A stretch of DNA of 63,469 nucleotides, the filler included, from Phoronis australis (lineage: Eukaryota; Animalia; Phoronida): NCBI GenBank assembly GCA_002633005.1. It is 9 parts of 9 records of this genome, joined end to end, with 100 filler letters (N's around TTAATTAATTAA, not from the genome) between each part and the next. Parts side by side here need not be neighbours in the genome. Positions count along the whole stretch, not along the records: positions 1 to 3,282 come from NMRA01003111.1; positions 3,383 to 6,789 come from NMRA01003038.1; positions 6,890 to 10,646 come from NMRA01002853.1; positions 10,747 to 13,623 come from NMRA01003351.1; 5 more parts are not named here. One strand, 5' to 3'. This document shows, piece by piece, positions 1-11,507 of this stretch (the stretch's first letter is position 1; every line of letters starts with the position of its first letter). The notes below the pieces were generated by a model. It had not been told where the DNA came from, did no database searches, and saw only the letters and a program-made list of their open reading frames with translations. The position numbers and the translations under genes were made by a program.

Positions 1-349
1 CAATGTAAAGGTTTCCACAAGCCTTTCACCAAAGAAACAATACTAACACAAAATCACAGACTTTGTGTATAATCAAAGTTCTCAAAATCGGCAAAGCCAT
101 GCAGTGGGACTTGTACTTGGCAACCATTGGCATTGGGCTAAACTTGTAAGTTGTATAACAGTACACTGCTAACTAAACAACTTACAATGACAATGTCAAA
201 TAAATGTGTTGATGGTGACCTCGTTTACAAAAATAGCACGTATAAATTGAAGATGACTACTTTGTCTTAATCCAAATGTATGTAGTTACTCATCAGTTAA
301 ACCAAACAAAACCTGAATCACACAAAAGCCTTTGTTGACGTCTCAATCA

Positions 350-660
350 CTTCCGCCTCTAGGCTCCACTAGCGATTGGCGGAAAATGTCTTCCCGAGTT
401 CTCCGCAACCAAAAATGGGCAATATGTACCTTTGATTTTCATGGTTACCATACCTCAAAATTCTCCTTTTTATAGACCACGCAGTTCTCTGATAAAATGC
501 TGTAAGGAAAATTCATCCCAGCGCCTCAACAGTTGACCGTTTTTGTGGTTATTGCGTACTTTATTTCCAGACTTTCATCACCGACAACCGCCCGTCTGTC
601 TGCTCTCGTGAACTCTCGCGATATTTCGTAGGTGTGGTGTAAAATTTCAAGATGGAAGAC
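350..660. promoter_or_regulatory. Putative housekeeping-type promoter upstream of DIP2
   Basis: ETS-like CACTTCCG near 349-356, TCTCGCGATA at 614-623 (variant of the TCTCGCGAGA palindrome) and YY1-like CAAGATGG at about 647-654, just 5' of the DIP2 ATG. Confidence 0.4.
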
Positions 661-726
661 GGTGTTTGAATGGTGTGTATTTTGATCGGAGGAGAAAGAC
701 TTAGAGACCAAAACTGTTTTGAAGAC

Positions 727-811
727 ATGCCGGAATACAACGTGGACCCTTCCAAGTTGCCCCTCGACGTTAGGGCTAAATTAGCAGAGCTAGATCTCGA
801 ACTGAGTGAAG
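727..811 (+). CDS. DIP2: Disco-interacting protein 2 homolog, first coding exon (N-terminal DMAP1-binding domain)
   Basis: ATG at 727 gives MPEYNVDPSKLPLDVRAKLAELDLELSE(G), matching the DIP2 N-terminal LPxxVRxxLAELxLELSEG motif. A phase-1 donor G|GTATTT follows at 811/812. The rest of the gene is not in this piece. Confidence 0.88.
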
Positions 812-1584
812 GTATTTTTAGCATTTCAGCTGTTTGTTACTCCGCACAACTCGACTCAGCCCAGGCCCAGCTGACAAACAAACTGGTTTTGTCTGTCCGA
901 CTGGAACACAAACTGTGTGGCTCCAGTAGAACAAGCCGCGGCTAAATTAATAGGTAGATCTCGTCCACGCAAGAATTTCCCGCAAATCCAATCAACACAT
1001 TCCTACAGTTAAACGCCATCAGTTGTTATTGAACTGAAGCAGACAAGATACGATGTTGTTAAATTACTCGGTTCAGATTTGATCTGACTCCTGAGGCATA
1101 TTTAGGGCTCAAATCGAGCCTGGGCCACTTGTTTCCTGGGCCAGGAGAGGACAGTCACAAACCACTGCTATTCAAAATGAAGTGCTGGCTTTGCTTACAA
1201 TTTTTTGCAGGCGGCGGTGGTGGTCAAAGAAATTTGACGTGTGGAATGTGCGACCTTCACAATAGTTCAAAACATACCTGGATTATAAGATGATCACCAT
1301 CTGTTCTGTTCACATTTTTTGCACAAGAATTAGCTACCCAAAATTAAAGAAATCTGTCTATAAAAAGACCACCTCCAAATGGCAACTTTGATGTCTGTTT
1401 CCGCTTCCATCAGATTAAGATCTGGGTTGGTCTCTTTTCTAAATCAACCAATGGCATTCAAGTGCAAAATAAGTCATTAGGGTAACTGCTTACATCCTTT
1501 TACAAATGACGACATTAAATCACGGCAGTAAATACTCAGCGACAAGATGGCGTCGAGAGCAAGGCATGTGTGTGGAAAATGTTG

Positions 1585-2418
1585 ACATATTTGCATGATA
1601 TACTGCCAACTTCTTTTTTTAAATGACTTTTTCTGTTTTTGGTTTGGAACTGGTTCTGTAATTTGCTTCAATCGGTTCTTGCAACTACCACAGGTACAAT
1701 TTTAATTTGCAAGATTTTGACAAAATTATGTTCCATGGTTTAACAACCTTGTGGAGCATGTCTGTATATACTTGTTTCAGACGTGTTTCTACATGTCTAA
1801 ATACCAGGTGACAAGACTGACTCTATCATGAGTCACCTTGCCAAGAACTCATGGAAGTTGACGACATTTGGTTAATCTGCACAAAAATGTAGGGCACTTG
1901 TCAGATGTAGTGAGACACGTAATCTGTCTGTACGTATTTACAAACATGCTCGACAAGGTAGTCAACCCTTGGAACTCAAGATTTCTGAAATTGCACAAAT
2001 NACATATTTGCATGATATACTGCCAACTTCTTTTTTTAAATGACTTTTTCTGTTTTTGGTTTGGAACTGGTTCTGTATTTTGCTTCAATCGGTTCTTGCA
2101 ACTACCACAGGTACAATTTTAATTTGCAAGATTTTGACAAAATTATGTTCCATGGTTCAACAACCTTGTGGAGCATGTCTGTATATACTTGTTTCAGACG
2201 TGTTTCTACATGTCTAAATACCAGGTGACAAGACTGACTCTATCATGAGTCAACCTTGCCAAGAACTCATGGAAGTTGATGACATTTGGTTAATCTGCAC
2301 AAAAATGTAGGGCACTTGTCAGATGTAGTGAGACACGTAACCTGTCTGTACGTATTTACAAACATGCTCGACAAGGTAGTCAACCCTTGGAACTCAAGAT
2401 TTCTGAAATTGCACAAAT
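1585..2418. repeat. 416/417-bp near-identical tandem duplication joined by a single N
   Basis: 1585-2000 and 2002-2418 differ at about 5 positions, with an N at 2001 exactly at the junction; probably two alleles or overlapping contigs placed in tandem. Confidence 0.9.
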
Positions 2419-2568
2419 TAGAACACTGCCTGTGGTAGTTGGAAGAGCTAAATGATTGAATACAGTACCAGATTCTATTAAACACAGAAAACGTCGACAG
2501 TATATGTTTGCAGAAATGTCAACATTTTCCAAACTACATCTTATTGCCAATGCCATCTTATCACTATG

Positions 2569-2617
2569 TAGGCAATGACCATCGCCTCTGTTGGCCCGAG
2601 GCGATGGTCATTGCCTA
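2569..2617. mobile_element. 49-bp minimal hairpin transposon (Academ/AcademH-like non-autonomous element)
   Basis: Perfect 20-bp TIRs TAGGCAATGACCATCGCCTC / GAGGCGATGGTCATTGCCTA around a 9-bp loop, flanked by the 9-bp direct repeat ATCACTATG (2560-2568, 2618-2626). Confidence 0.8.
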
Positions 2618-3282
2618 ATCACTATGTAGCTCTGCTCTAAGTTGATATCATGATTTGACAAAGGGATGTTAAAAGTAAACCAACTGTCTTAGAGTTTTGT
2701 GGCGAACGCCATGCAGAAACAATAGCAACCCTTGAGATCTTATTCTGGAGTCCTGTAGTGGAAACAGACAAAGGAGTCATGTTTTTGCAAGTGACTTTTT
2801 TAATAACAATTTATTTAATTTGGGTTTTCGAATTCTTGTGAAGGAAATGTGAACCGAACGAAGGATAATTACTGAGCACTATAATGTAAACGTATGTTTT
2901 TAAACAACTGTGTAACAACACATTCCAAATTTCTTTGAAAACTGCCATTCTCAAAAATAAGAAGAGTAGTTATTTGTGACTGGGTGTAGTTAACCCTGAT
3001 TTAGAGAACCAGGTTATCACTTAATAACGTTAATAACGTTATTTAATGGAGGAAACTGGTTCTGTATATTAGGGAGTGCGATATCCTACCAGTGCCACGT
3101 GTACTTTGGCAGAGAATGACTTTAAATCAAGATGAAACGGTTTTGAAGCTTAACATGGTAGATGATTTTGTAAAAGAGAGGGCCAGATTAAGTTTTTTTA
3201 AATTGGGGGGATCCAAGTCAGCAATTTGAAAATTCTAGATTTGATATCACTAAAATCAATGGGAAAAGAGGTTCTAGAGCCC

Positions 3283-3382
3283 NNNNNNNNNNNNNNNNNN
3301 NNNNNNNNNNNNNNNNNNNNNNNNNNTTAATTAATTAANNNNNNNNNNNNNNNNNNNNNNNNNNNNNNNNNNNNNNNNNNNN
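3283..3382. other. Artificial contig spacer
   Basis: N-run, TTAATTAATTAA (stops in six frames), N-run; 100 bp. Confidence 0.97.
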
Positions 3383-4539
3383 TCAACTCAAGCGTGTATT
3401 CAAGCTTTCATATGAGTAAAGGTAAGCTGCACGAGAACCTGTGTATCAAGTCACAACAATAAAAATTATTTTACCTCCAGTCCTAATCAACCATTTTTGC
3501 ATCAATTTTAACATATTTTGGTTCTTGTCATGCGTACACGATTAGGGCAATCAAAGCAGCAATTAGGCTCATCCACTTAGCAAGTTAATAGGAACACTTC
3601 ACTTGCAAAATTTTGCAAGACAGTGAGTTAAAGTTGACCCTGAGGATGGTTCTTTTATAATCCAGGATACTTCGGAACAACTGAGGCAGTAGAAAAGTTT
3701 ATTTTCATTGACGCTGATACTCAAAACATGTCGAGCAAAGCCAGCACATGTGAGACACATTGTGGGTAACTCCAGTCCTGAGACCAAGGCCTAGCCGTTA
3801 AGGCGTTATTGAGCCGAGGCCGAGGGCAGCTCTGCCGGAGTGTTGACCGGGTCACGATTTTTTTTTTGAATCAGTTTTCTGTCACAAAGGTTAAATTTAC
3901 ACTTACAGTTGACGATACCGAGAAATGACGCAGCAAACTGTCAACTTGTCTTAAGGCAGACGGTCTTGCAAATCTGGTGAACATCATCCGACTTTGTGTA
4001 ACCGGTCCAAATCCAGACGGACAAAAATGGCTGACTACGAGTTTACGTAAATTTAGAGACGGAGTGTCAGGATTACCAAGTAAAAGAATGCATTTCTTAA
4101 AAACTAACCAACTACAAATTATTCATATTTTAGAACTTTATTCATTTAAAAACAATTACATAACAAATCACAAGTTATAACCCTTTCAATGATTTTTATT
4201 TTTGTAAGAACAAATTTCATATTTGTTATTTTGTAGTAGTTCCGTAGAGGCGGCCACAAGGTGTCGCTGATGACTGTCATGGCTGCGCCCATTACAAGAA
4301 ACATTTTTATGAGAAGCATTGGGGTTAACAGAACAAATCTTTTCTTGTTGTGTCAGCATGTAAGACTTAAAAAATCTCTTTCTGTTCATTATCTAATAAT
4401 CCTGTCGCTTGTCAAGAGAAGAAGAACTTCCGTGCTTTTGTTTATCAAGACATCAATTTAGTTGGCTAATTGCTGTGCGTGAACTGTGCTGGACGAAATC
4501 CTGCGTTGTCTCAAGATCGCGTATGCGTGAGCTTGGAAT

Positions 4540-4683
4540 CAGAACTGTAGTGGGGCGTAGGTGCATCCAACCACCTTTTGGCATTTGAACGTAGCACCTA
4601 TGCACTGTAAGTTACATTCAGTGCTCAAGGTGATATGATGGGCTTTGGGCGCCTGCTTTCCTCTAATTTCCACTACACCACTG
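4540..4683 (+). mobile_element. hAT-type MITE with 8-bp TSD
   Basis: Imperfect TIRs CAGAACTGTAGTGG / CCACTACACCACTG; TSD CTTGGAAT at 4532-4539 and 4684-4691. Confidence 0.8.
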
Positions 4684-5422
4684 CTTGGAATACACTGATA
4701 AAAATTAACACTGTACTAAATAAAATTAGATTCTAATAAAATATTATAAATTTTAACCAACCGTTTTTCAACTAATGGTGATCTTGTTCACCTAACAATA
4801 ATTGATTTAATCATTCACAATCATTCGATTTTGTGTCACAAGTTATGGTAAAGGTTGGGAGGACAATCAAAAAGTAGGTCACGGTGCTCCATATCTGCCT
4901 CCGTGTAAAACCCACGTCGGTAAATTACCCGATTTCAGACTTTAAAGTTAATTATAAGACAATTTTGTGTTATAAATCGTTACCTTAGTCTTTATTTGTA
5001 AGTTTGTAATCTTTTTGTCTCAAATTATTGCTGATAAATCATTTTTGTAAGCTTTTTTTAGCGCACGATTTTCCGCCATGCGATCAACTTTCGAAAAAGT
5101 ACCTCTTGTTCCTCCTATCCAAAAGAGCACTATACTCTCAAATACAAACATGAAATTTGGACAGGATGTAGTTTAGATGCGTGCACATCTCCTCAAGTTG
5201 TTTTCTCGAAGTCAAGGCCAAGTTTTCATGGCGAGCTTTGATTGTCCGGAAGGCCTAATTTTGGTCGGTCGGGAGATTGATGTTTTTCCAGTTGCGCAAT
5301 ATGCCCGCCCCGATTTTTAGATGAGGAATTTATCACTCTTTTAATTGGTAATTATTTCATTTTCAGAAATTGTGTCAAACTGCTGCGCATTGGCACTTTT
5401 CGCGTATGCGTAAGCTTGGAAT

Positions 5423-5568
5423 CAGAACTGTAGTGGGGCGTAGGCGCATCCAACCACCTTTTGGCATTTGAACGTAGCGCCTATGCACTGTAAGTTACGT
5501 TCAGTGCTCAAGGTGATATGATGGGCTTTGGGCGCCTGCTTTCCTCTAATTTTACCACTACACCACTG
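5423..5568 (+). mobile_element. hAT-type MITE, duplicated copy of 4540-4683
   Basis: Same sequence and same TSD CTTGGAAT (5415-5422, 5569-5576). Confidence 0.8.
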
Positions 5569-6789
5569 CTTGGAATACACTGATAAAAATTAACACTGTA
5601 CTAAATAAAATTACGTAGATTCTAATAAAATATTGTAAATTTTAACCAACCGTTTTTCAACTAATGGCGATCTTGTTCACCAAACAATAATTGATTTAAT
5701 CATTCACAATCATCCGATTTTGTGTCACAAGTTATGGTAAAGGAGAAAATTGGTGGACATGAAATTACGAAAATTATTTACACCGAACAAAAAAATTCAC
5801 CAGATTGCCTCATTAATGAATATTCAATTCCAAGTTCACGTGATCTTGAGATTAAACAGGATTCCAAGGTCACACACAGCAGGTAAACCAAACCTTCAAC
5901 AGTTCAAGACCTGAGTATTGGCTACAAGTTGGCCAGCACTATAGCTTGCTCATTGACATTGAAGACAAACGTCAAAATTCAGCTTGGAACTGATGTGGGT
6001 AAAATTTATGGTACCATACATCTAGTCTATAGATAAGAACAAGGTCTATTTGTGTTGTTGTTTATGTATTCAGGCTACAATCCAACAATGAATAAAGTCA
6101 TCTGAAAAGAACTAATTTTTTAAAATTGGGGATTATTCATGATCTAAATTGACTGATTTTGCCATTGATATGCTAATACCGTATTTGTCCAGGTTAATGC
6201 CCATGTTCTGCATGACTGACGCCCCGGAAATTTCCATATTTTCACTTTCAAATGCCTGTGCTTGACCCATCTCTAATTTTTACTATGGACTTACATGTCA
6301 ACCTTTTTTCTCTTACCAGGTAGAACTTTCTTGTAAAAATGTAGCACAGCACAGCACTGCTCAACTGAATGCAATCGCATGTGGCAAATCTGTTGCCTCC
6401 ATTTTTAAATACTCATGCTGGGCTTAACGCCCTCCTAGTGATTTATGAATTTTGTAATATCCTGGATGATTAATGTATTACTTTATGGGATGGTCACTAA
6501 CACCTTTGAACTAGTTGTTCTGGAGATTGGTGTCAAATGGACAAGTCTCTTGCCAAATGCAGAAGACTTAACAGGTGTGCATCGTACTACAAGAAATTTC
6601 ACTTATTCTGATTTTGGATTTCAAAACAGTGGGGATCGTTTCTTGAGTTTGCTCCCTGGTTCACGCTGGCAAAAGGCTAATGTTTCACACATAAGCTCAC
6701 AACCAAAAATTCAAGGGTACATGATACCAGACTAGCACAAAATAACAAAATGACTGTCACTGAAATCTGCTGCTGAATCTCAGAATAAA

Positions 6790-6889
6790 NNNNNNNNNNN
6801 NNNNNNNNNNNNNNNNNNNNNNNNNNNNNNNNNTTAATTAATTAANNNNNNNNNNNNNNNNNNNNNNNNNNNNNNNNNNNNNNNNNNNN
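6790..6889. other. Artificial contig spacer
   Basis: N-run, TTAATTAATTAA, N-run. Confidence 0.97.
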
Positions 6890-7258
6890 CGGATGTTCAT
6901 AAAATTTTGCAAGTAGCGGTAAGTCACAATCAACAACCCAGTTTAAGATGGATTTGACTTACGCTGCCTCCCTATCTAAACCTCCTGAAGAATCATGATG
7001 AAAGGTCGTAGGTGTGTTCCTATAGAAAATAGCATTGCTGACTTGCTTTGCACCCCCTACTAGCATTGCTCCCTTTGGTAGGAAAATGTAACAGTTTAAA
7101 ATCACGATAATTCCCTTGTAGCTGCACTGTATGCGATGCACAGGGTGGATGCATATCAACACCGTCCATTGCTCTCTAATAGTTTGCACTCATCAATCAC
7201 GTTTCTAATAATTTCACACAAACTGATAGAAAATTACTGTATGTGTCCTGTGTTACAG

Positions 7259-7397
7259 AATAGGCATATGATGTCCTTAGGCAAAGAGCATCTACCCTAC
7301 CTTATTGGTTTGACTGGTGGTATAGCCAGTGGGAAGACATCTATTTGTCAACGATTGAAAGGACTTGGGGCCAGTATCATTGATGCTGACATATTGG
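7259..7397 (+). CDS. COASY: Bifunctional CoA synthase, dephospho-CoA kinase domain exon A
   Basis: Acceptor ttacag| at 7258; [47 protein letters not shown] with the DPCK P-loop [11 protein letters not shown]; phase-1 donor gtaata at 7398. Confidence 0.92.
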
Positions 7398-7589
7398 GTA
7401 ATACTGATTTTACATTATTTGAAACTAAATGAATACAAGTCATTAAAATTACATGGCATTGCGAAATAAGATGTGACGGAATTTGGCATAGTTTACTCAT
7501 CTGTTTGTGCTTAACAGCTATATCTAGTAAAAATCTCACTAATTTAAGACGCAATGTCGTCCGGCATCCTCAGCTGTATCTCCTTAACC

Positions 7590-8400
7590 CGTCATACGAC
7601 CTTGATGAGATTTGGCAGTTGTGTTCCTATGAAACTGACGACGGATGGTGACAACTTTCGAACGGATCCGACTACCAGTGTACCCCCTAGTGGCAATTTT
7701 AGTTTTTTTTACATTTCTGTATTTTCAAAGGTTTCTCAACGGATTTCCATGGAATTTGGTACATAGGCATCTATCAGTGAGATGACAGTATCCTCTCGTT
7801 TTCAGATGGATTTGAGGTATTTTGCACCACCTAGTGGCCATTTTTACTGTTTTTGGTGTCCACCCCTCTATCAACTAAACCGCTCTAAGGATGATTATGA
7901 AAATTTGGCGTATATGTTCTTAGTGTAAAGAAGATGCTTGATGATGATTTTCCGACAACTTTGACTACTGTGGCACCTCCTAGTGGCAATTTTTTTTGCG
8001 CCCAAGCTGTATTTTCTAAACCCACTGCAGGATCTTTATTGAATTTAGCAAGTGTATTAAATATGAAGTTGAGAACAGACGATGACTTTCTGATGGTTTC
8101 AACGAATGCCGTGAACAGGGACAATGGAGGTTATAACTAGTCTACAATTTGGAACAGCCAGGTCACCACACCACCTAGTGTACAATGACTTCAGAAGATG
8201 GCTGCTGATAGGAGCCGAAACTGTCAAAGTATCATGCTCTTCCTGGTTATGAAATACTATTAATCTATGAAACTATTAAGTGAGGATCTTTATTAAATTT
8301 GGCGAGTGTATTTACATGAAGTTGGTAACAGACAACGACGACATTTGGATGGAACCGACAACCTCTATGCCCCCTAGTGTCAATTTTTTAATTTTCCTCA
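7590..8400. repeat. Degenerate ~150-bp-period intronic minisatellite
   Basis: CCnCCTAGTG(G/T)C(A/C)ATTTT core recurs at about 7683, 7827, 7976 and 8369, with AATTTGG motifs at similar spacing. Confidence 0.6.
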
Positions 8401-8669
8401 GAGTCTGTAACTCATGCGAGCGATCATCAATTAGAGTCAGCTGTCTGTGCTGGCACTAGCAAGTTAAGGTTATGTCAAACTTTATCAACGGTTCTGTATA
8501 TTTAGCCGAATATCTACCAATCTATAAAATTTAAATGTGTAAAAGTACATATTTTCTATAAGCAGAAAGTCTGTAGAATTTAATTTCAGAATTTGTATCA
8601 CTTTGCCGTAAATTGGAACGTGTGACCATGAATTTTTAGTAAAATTTAGCAAAAAATGTACATTTACAG

Positions 8670-8800
8670 GGCACAAAGCGTATCTAAAAGGGACAAGTGC
8701 ATTCCAGAAAGTTGTGGAAACTTTTGGCCAAGACATCGTCAATGACATTACTGGGGAGATTGACAGGAAAAAGCTTGGTGCACAAGTGTTTGATGATAAG
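8670..8800 (+). CDS. COASY: COASY dephospho-CoA kinase domain exon B
   Basis: Acceptor tttacag|; (G)HKAYLKGTSAFQKVVETFGQDIVNDITGEIDRKKLGAQVFDDK with the DPCK IDRxxLG motif; phase 1 to 0; donor gtgcta. Confidence 0.92.
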
Positions 8801-9534
8801 GTGCTATATGATTGAAAGCCATGAATGGACTGATGCTATGTTGTATTGAACTAAGATCCATTCCTATATTGCCTTTAAGTTTTGAGAAAGTGCTCAATTT
8901 CCTGTTCACGGAAAGCCTAAAAGCTGCTTGGGCTAGCTCATTTACCCTAGACAGTGGAAATTCTTGAGCAAATCAGGAGACTGTTCATTGGACTATGTGA
9001 ATTCATGCCAATGAATATACATTAATATACATTAATATACATTAACCTCATGGTGTAAAGGTAAGAGTTATCTAACAAATTAAGACATTTGCTTTACCGG
9101 TTTTTACTCTCTTGATAGACTAGCATACTCAAATCAGTGATAACAGCATGTCCAGTTTATAGTCCTTGAAGTCCCTAAGGTTGCGTTGTGGCCATTTTGC
9201 ATTACAGCAAGTGAGCTAGAAAACTTGTATGCAGAGTAGATTATGAGAATGGATGATATTGAAGTGATTTGATGATTGTTCCTGAAGGCTTGGGAAGAGC
9301 AGACAGTTCATTTTTTTTTCTTCAGACCAAGCTCCTTTCTTCAGACCAAGCTTCTTTCTTCATACCTAGCTCCCAAAATTTTAGCTTATTCTGAAGAAAT
9401 GAACTGTCTGTTCTTGTCATCCCCTAAAACCACCTCCAATTTGAGACCAATTTTGTGATGGGAAGCGGTCCAAGTCATTTTTTTTACAGAAAGCACTGGT
9501 TTATCGCATGTTATATCCATTCATTTCCATTTAG

Positions 9535-9717
9535 GAAAAACTGAATACATTGAATAAAATTGTCTGGCCAGCAATTGCCGATCTAGTTGAAGTTGAAGTA
9601 AATCGACTATCACTAGAGGGCGCTAGAGTGGTTGTGTTGGATGCTGCTGTGTTACTGGAAGCTGGCTGGGATAGCTTGGTTCATGAAGTCTGGTGTACCG
9701 TCATACCAAAACAGGAG
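9535..9717 (+). CDS. COASY: COASY dephospho-CoA kinase domain exon C
   Basis: Acceptor tttag|; EKLNTLNKIVWPAI...VVVLDAAVLLEAGWDSLVHEVWCTVIPKQE (DAAVLLEAGW is characteristic of COASY); 183 bp; donor gtgact. Confidence 0.93.
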
Positions 9718-10221
9718 GTGACTATTTTAAAACAAATTTTTGTAATTCACCAATTCTTGAGTTATTTTGTACAAAGCAATTGCCAAATTTTTTGCTTCAA
9801 TTTTTGGGTCATTAAGTCTGAACATGTGGTCATTATCATGTTATGATACAATATCATTTAGAATGTAATATGCCATACAAATGAAATTTTATTTTCACTC
9901 TCTCATAAGTGCAATACAAGCCAACGTAATCATACATGTCTTGATGGGTCATTCTAGCTACCCTGATGGTGAATTCCAGTTGCGCTCAACCGTCATGACA
10001 CAAAATTCTGGTTCATTTTGTTCAACAATTTTTGGCATGTACTGTAGCGTCTAGGTTTGAAAAATGAAAAATAGTAGTTCTGGCAATTTGACTGGACTTG
10101 CGTAAATTTCTTTCCAAAGAGATGTTGTGGATCTGGAATTGGGGCTGTTGCTGTCTCCAAGTAGGAGTCTGAGGTCTGTGCAATGGCACCAAATTAAAAA
10201 TAAAACATTTAGGAGAGTTCC

Positions 10222-10372
10222 TAGTGGTGGATTTAAGAGAGGGGCCAAGAGGACCATGGCCCCTCTAAAATTATTCCAGATTCCATTTGGCAGTTCCGGA
10301 GTGCAAATTTCTGACAGGCAAAATCCTGGCTAATATTCTGCCCACCCACTTAAAATCCTGGATCCGCCCCTG
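10222..10372. mobile_element. GC-rich MITE with 5-bp TSD (hAT5-like)
   Basis: Termini TAGTGGTGGATTTAAG / CCTGGATCCGCCCCTG, flanked by GTTCC on both sides. Confidence 0.6.
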
Positions 10373-10430
10373 GTTCCAGCAGTGTTTGGTCAATATCTTT
10401 TCACGTCAAGTAATCCTCTACTTATTCTAG

Positions 10431-10577
10431 GCTGTAGCTCGTCTCAAAGAACGTAACAATCTGAGTGAAGAAGAGGCTTTGAAGAGAATCAACAGTCAAG
10501 TTAGTAATGAAGCCAGAGTAGAAAAGTCACATGTTGTGTTGTGTACATTATGGGAAAGAGATGTGACTCAGAGGCAG
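10431..10577 (+). CDS. COASY: COASY dephospho-CoA kinase domain exon D
   Basis: Acceptor ttctag|; AVARLKERNNLSEEEALKRINSQVSNEARVEKSHVVLCTLWERDVTQRQ; 147 bp; donor gtaggt; the last exon lies beyond the gap. Confidence 0.93.
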
Positions 10578-10646
10578 GTAGGTCAAAGGTTAATGTAGTC
10601 AGACACCTCATGCGGCCATACACTAATGAAATTAACGTTCCTTGTT

Positions 10647-10746
10647 NNNNNNNNNNNNNNNNNNNNNNNNNNNNNNNNNNNNNNNNNNNNTTAATTAATT
10701 AANNNNNNNNNNNNNNNNNNNNNNNNNNNNNNNNNNNNNNNNNNNN
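10647..10746. other. Artificial contig spacer
   Basis: N-run, TTAATTAATTAA, N-run. Confidence 0.97.
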
Positions 10747-11507
10747 GATCTGAATGGCTGACCCCCCACCTTGCCGCTTGTTGGCTGTACCGTGGTCGGT
10801 GGATCCGTGGACTGATACTTAATTGCCAGACATGCCGAACCTGCTCGAGTCGGGTAGAGAGGTACATGTAAGTAGGTTAGCATTCCAAATACAGGTTAAC
10901 ATTCGCGCTCGTTCTAGGCTAAGCATACGCAAACATATTAAGATTGCTTCTGAAAAACTTGTAACAATTTCACCTTCCGACTAATGAACCGACTGAATCT
11001 CTCGCAAGTCAGCAACATACAAAACTCGCTTTCTAAAAATGCTTAAAGTGATCTTGCGAGTAATGCGGCACTGGAAATTGGGAATCACTGGCTTTTCATT
11101 TTTTGCTAAAATCAAGCAATGGAAAACGCATTTGCGGTAAGTTCGAAACATTTTTAATAAAAAAAGTTACGATTAACTGTTGCAGTGTTCTTTGGGGTAA
11201 ATTTGTGTAAAATTCTGCTCAACTTTGAGCGTTTTTTTATTCATAACGCCGATTGTATCACTTTAAAGAAATGTGATTAATTTATCTGTGAAAAATGAAG
11301 ATATCATTTGCTGCATTGATGTATATTGCATTTTTGAAAAAAAACGAAACTTGACAATTACCAAAAAACTATCTTGAATTTCCTGAATACGCAAACACAT
11401 TTTTTACAAGTCTTTTCCGGTATTTCTTAAATAATCTTTGTTGAGGTAAATAATTGTTCAAGTCCGTGAATGAAACATGTTTTTGACTTACTTACCAAAG
11501 TTCTCAT
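10747..11507 (-). CDS. Possible first two coding exons of an unidentified gene (11507-11496 and 10840-10747)
   Basis: ATGAGAACTTTG|GTAAGTAAG strong donor; acceptor with a CTAAC branch site and cag| at 10841; joined reading MRTLVRHVWQLSISPRIHRPRYSQQAARWGVSHSD. Confidence 0.3.

Larger units (their letters stand above)
1480..2681. mobile_element. Old non-autonomous DNA element with diverged ~125-bp terminal inverted repeats
   Basis: The reverse complement of ~1480-1605 aligns with ~2499-2681 (shared ATGTCAACATTTTCC, GCCATCTTRTCRCT, ATTTGnnAAAnGGATGT) once the 2569-2626 insert is removed. Confidence 0.55.
4518..5743. repeat. ~340-bp direct duplication (4518-4854 and 5401-5743) around a ~550-bp spacer
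   Basis: Near-identical copies from CGCGTATGCGT to GTTATGGTAAAGG, each carrying the same MITE with the same TSD. Confidence 0.9.

Noticed and set aside
727-811. DNMT1 N-terminus (also has a DMAP1-binding domain)
   Set aside because: LAELDLELSEG is the DIP2 version of the motif.
1477-2485. Repeated short ORFs (MKQxTEPVPNQKQKK...) as a duplicated peptide gene family
   Set aside because: They are by-products of the 416-bp duplication in intronic repeat DNA.
5870-6000. Small AG...GT bounded segments as exons
   Set aside because: No recognisable product and no compatible neighbouring exons.
7259-10577. Stand-alone DCAKD or bacterial coaE
   Set aside because: It has spliceosomal introns, the first exon begins at an acceptor, and the DAAVLLEAGW and TLWE motifs indicate COASY.
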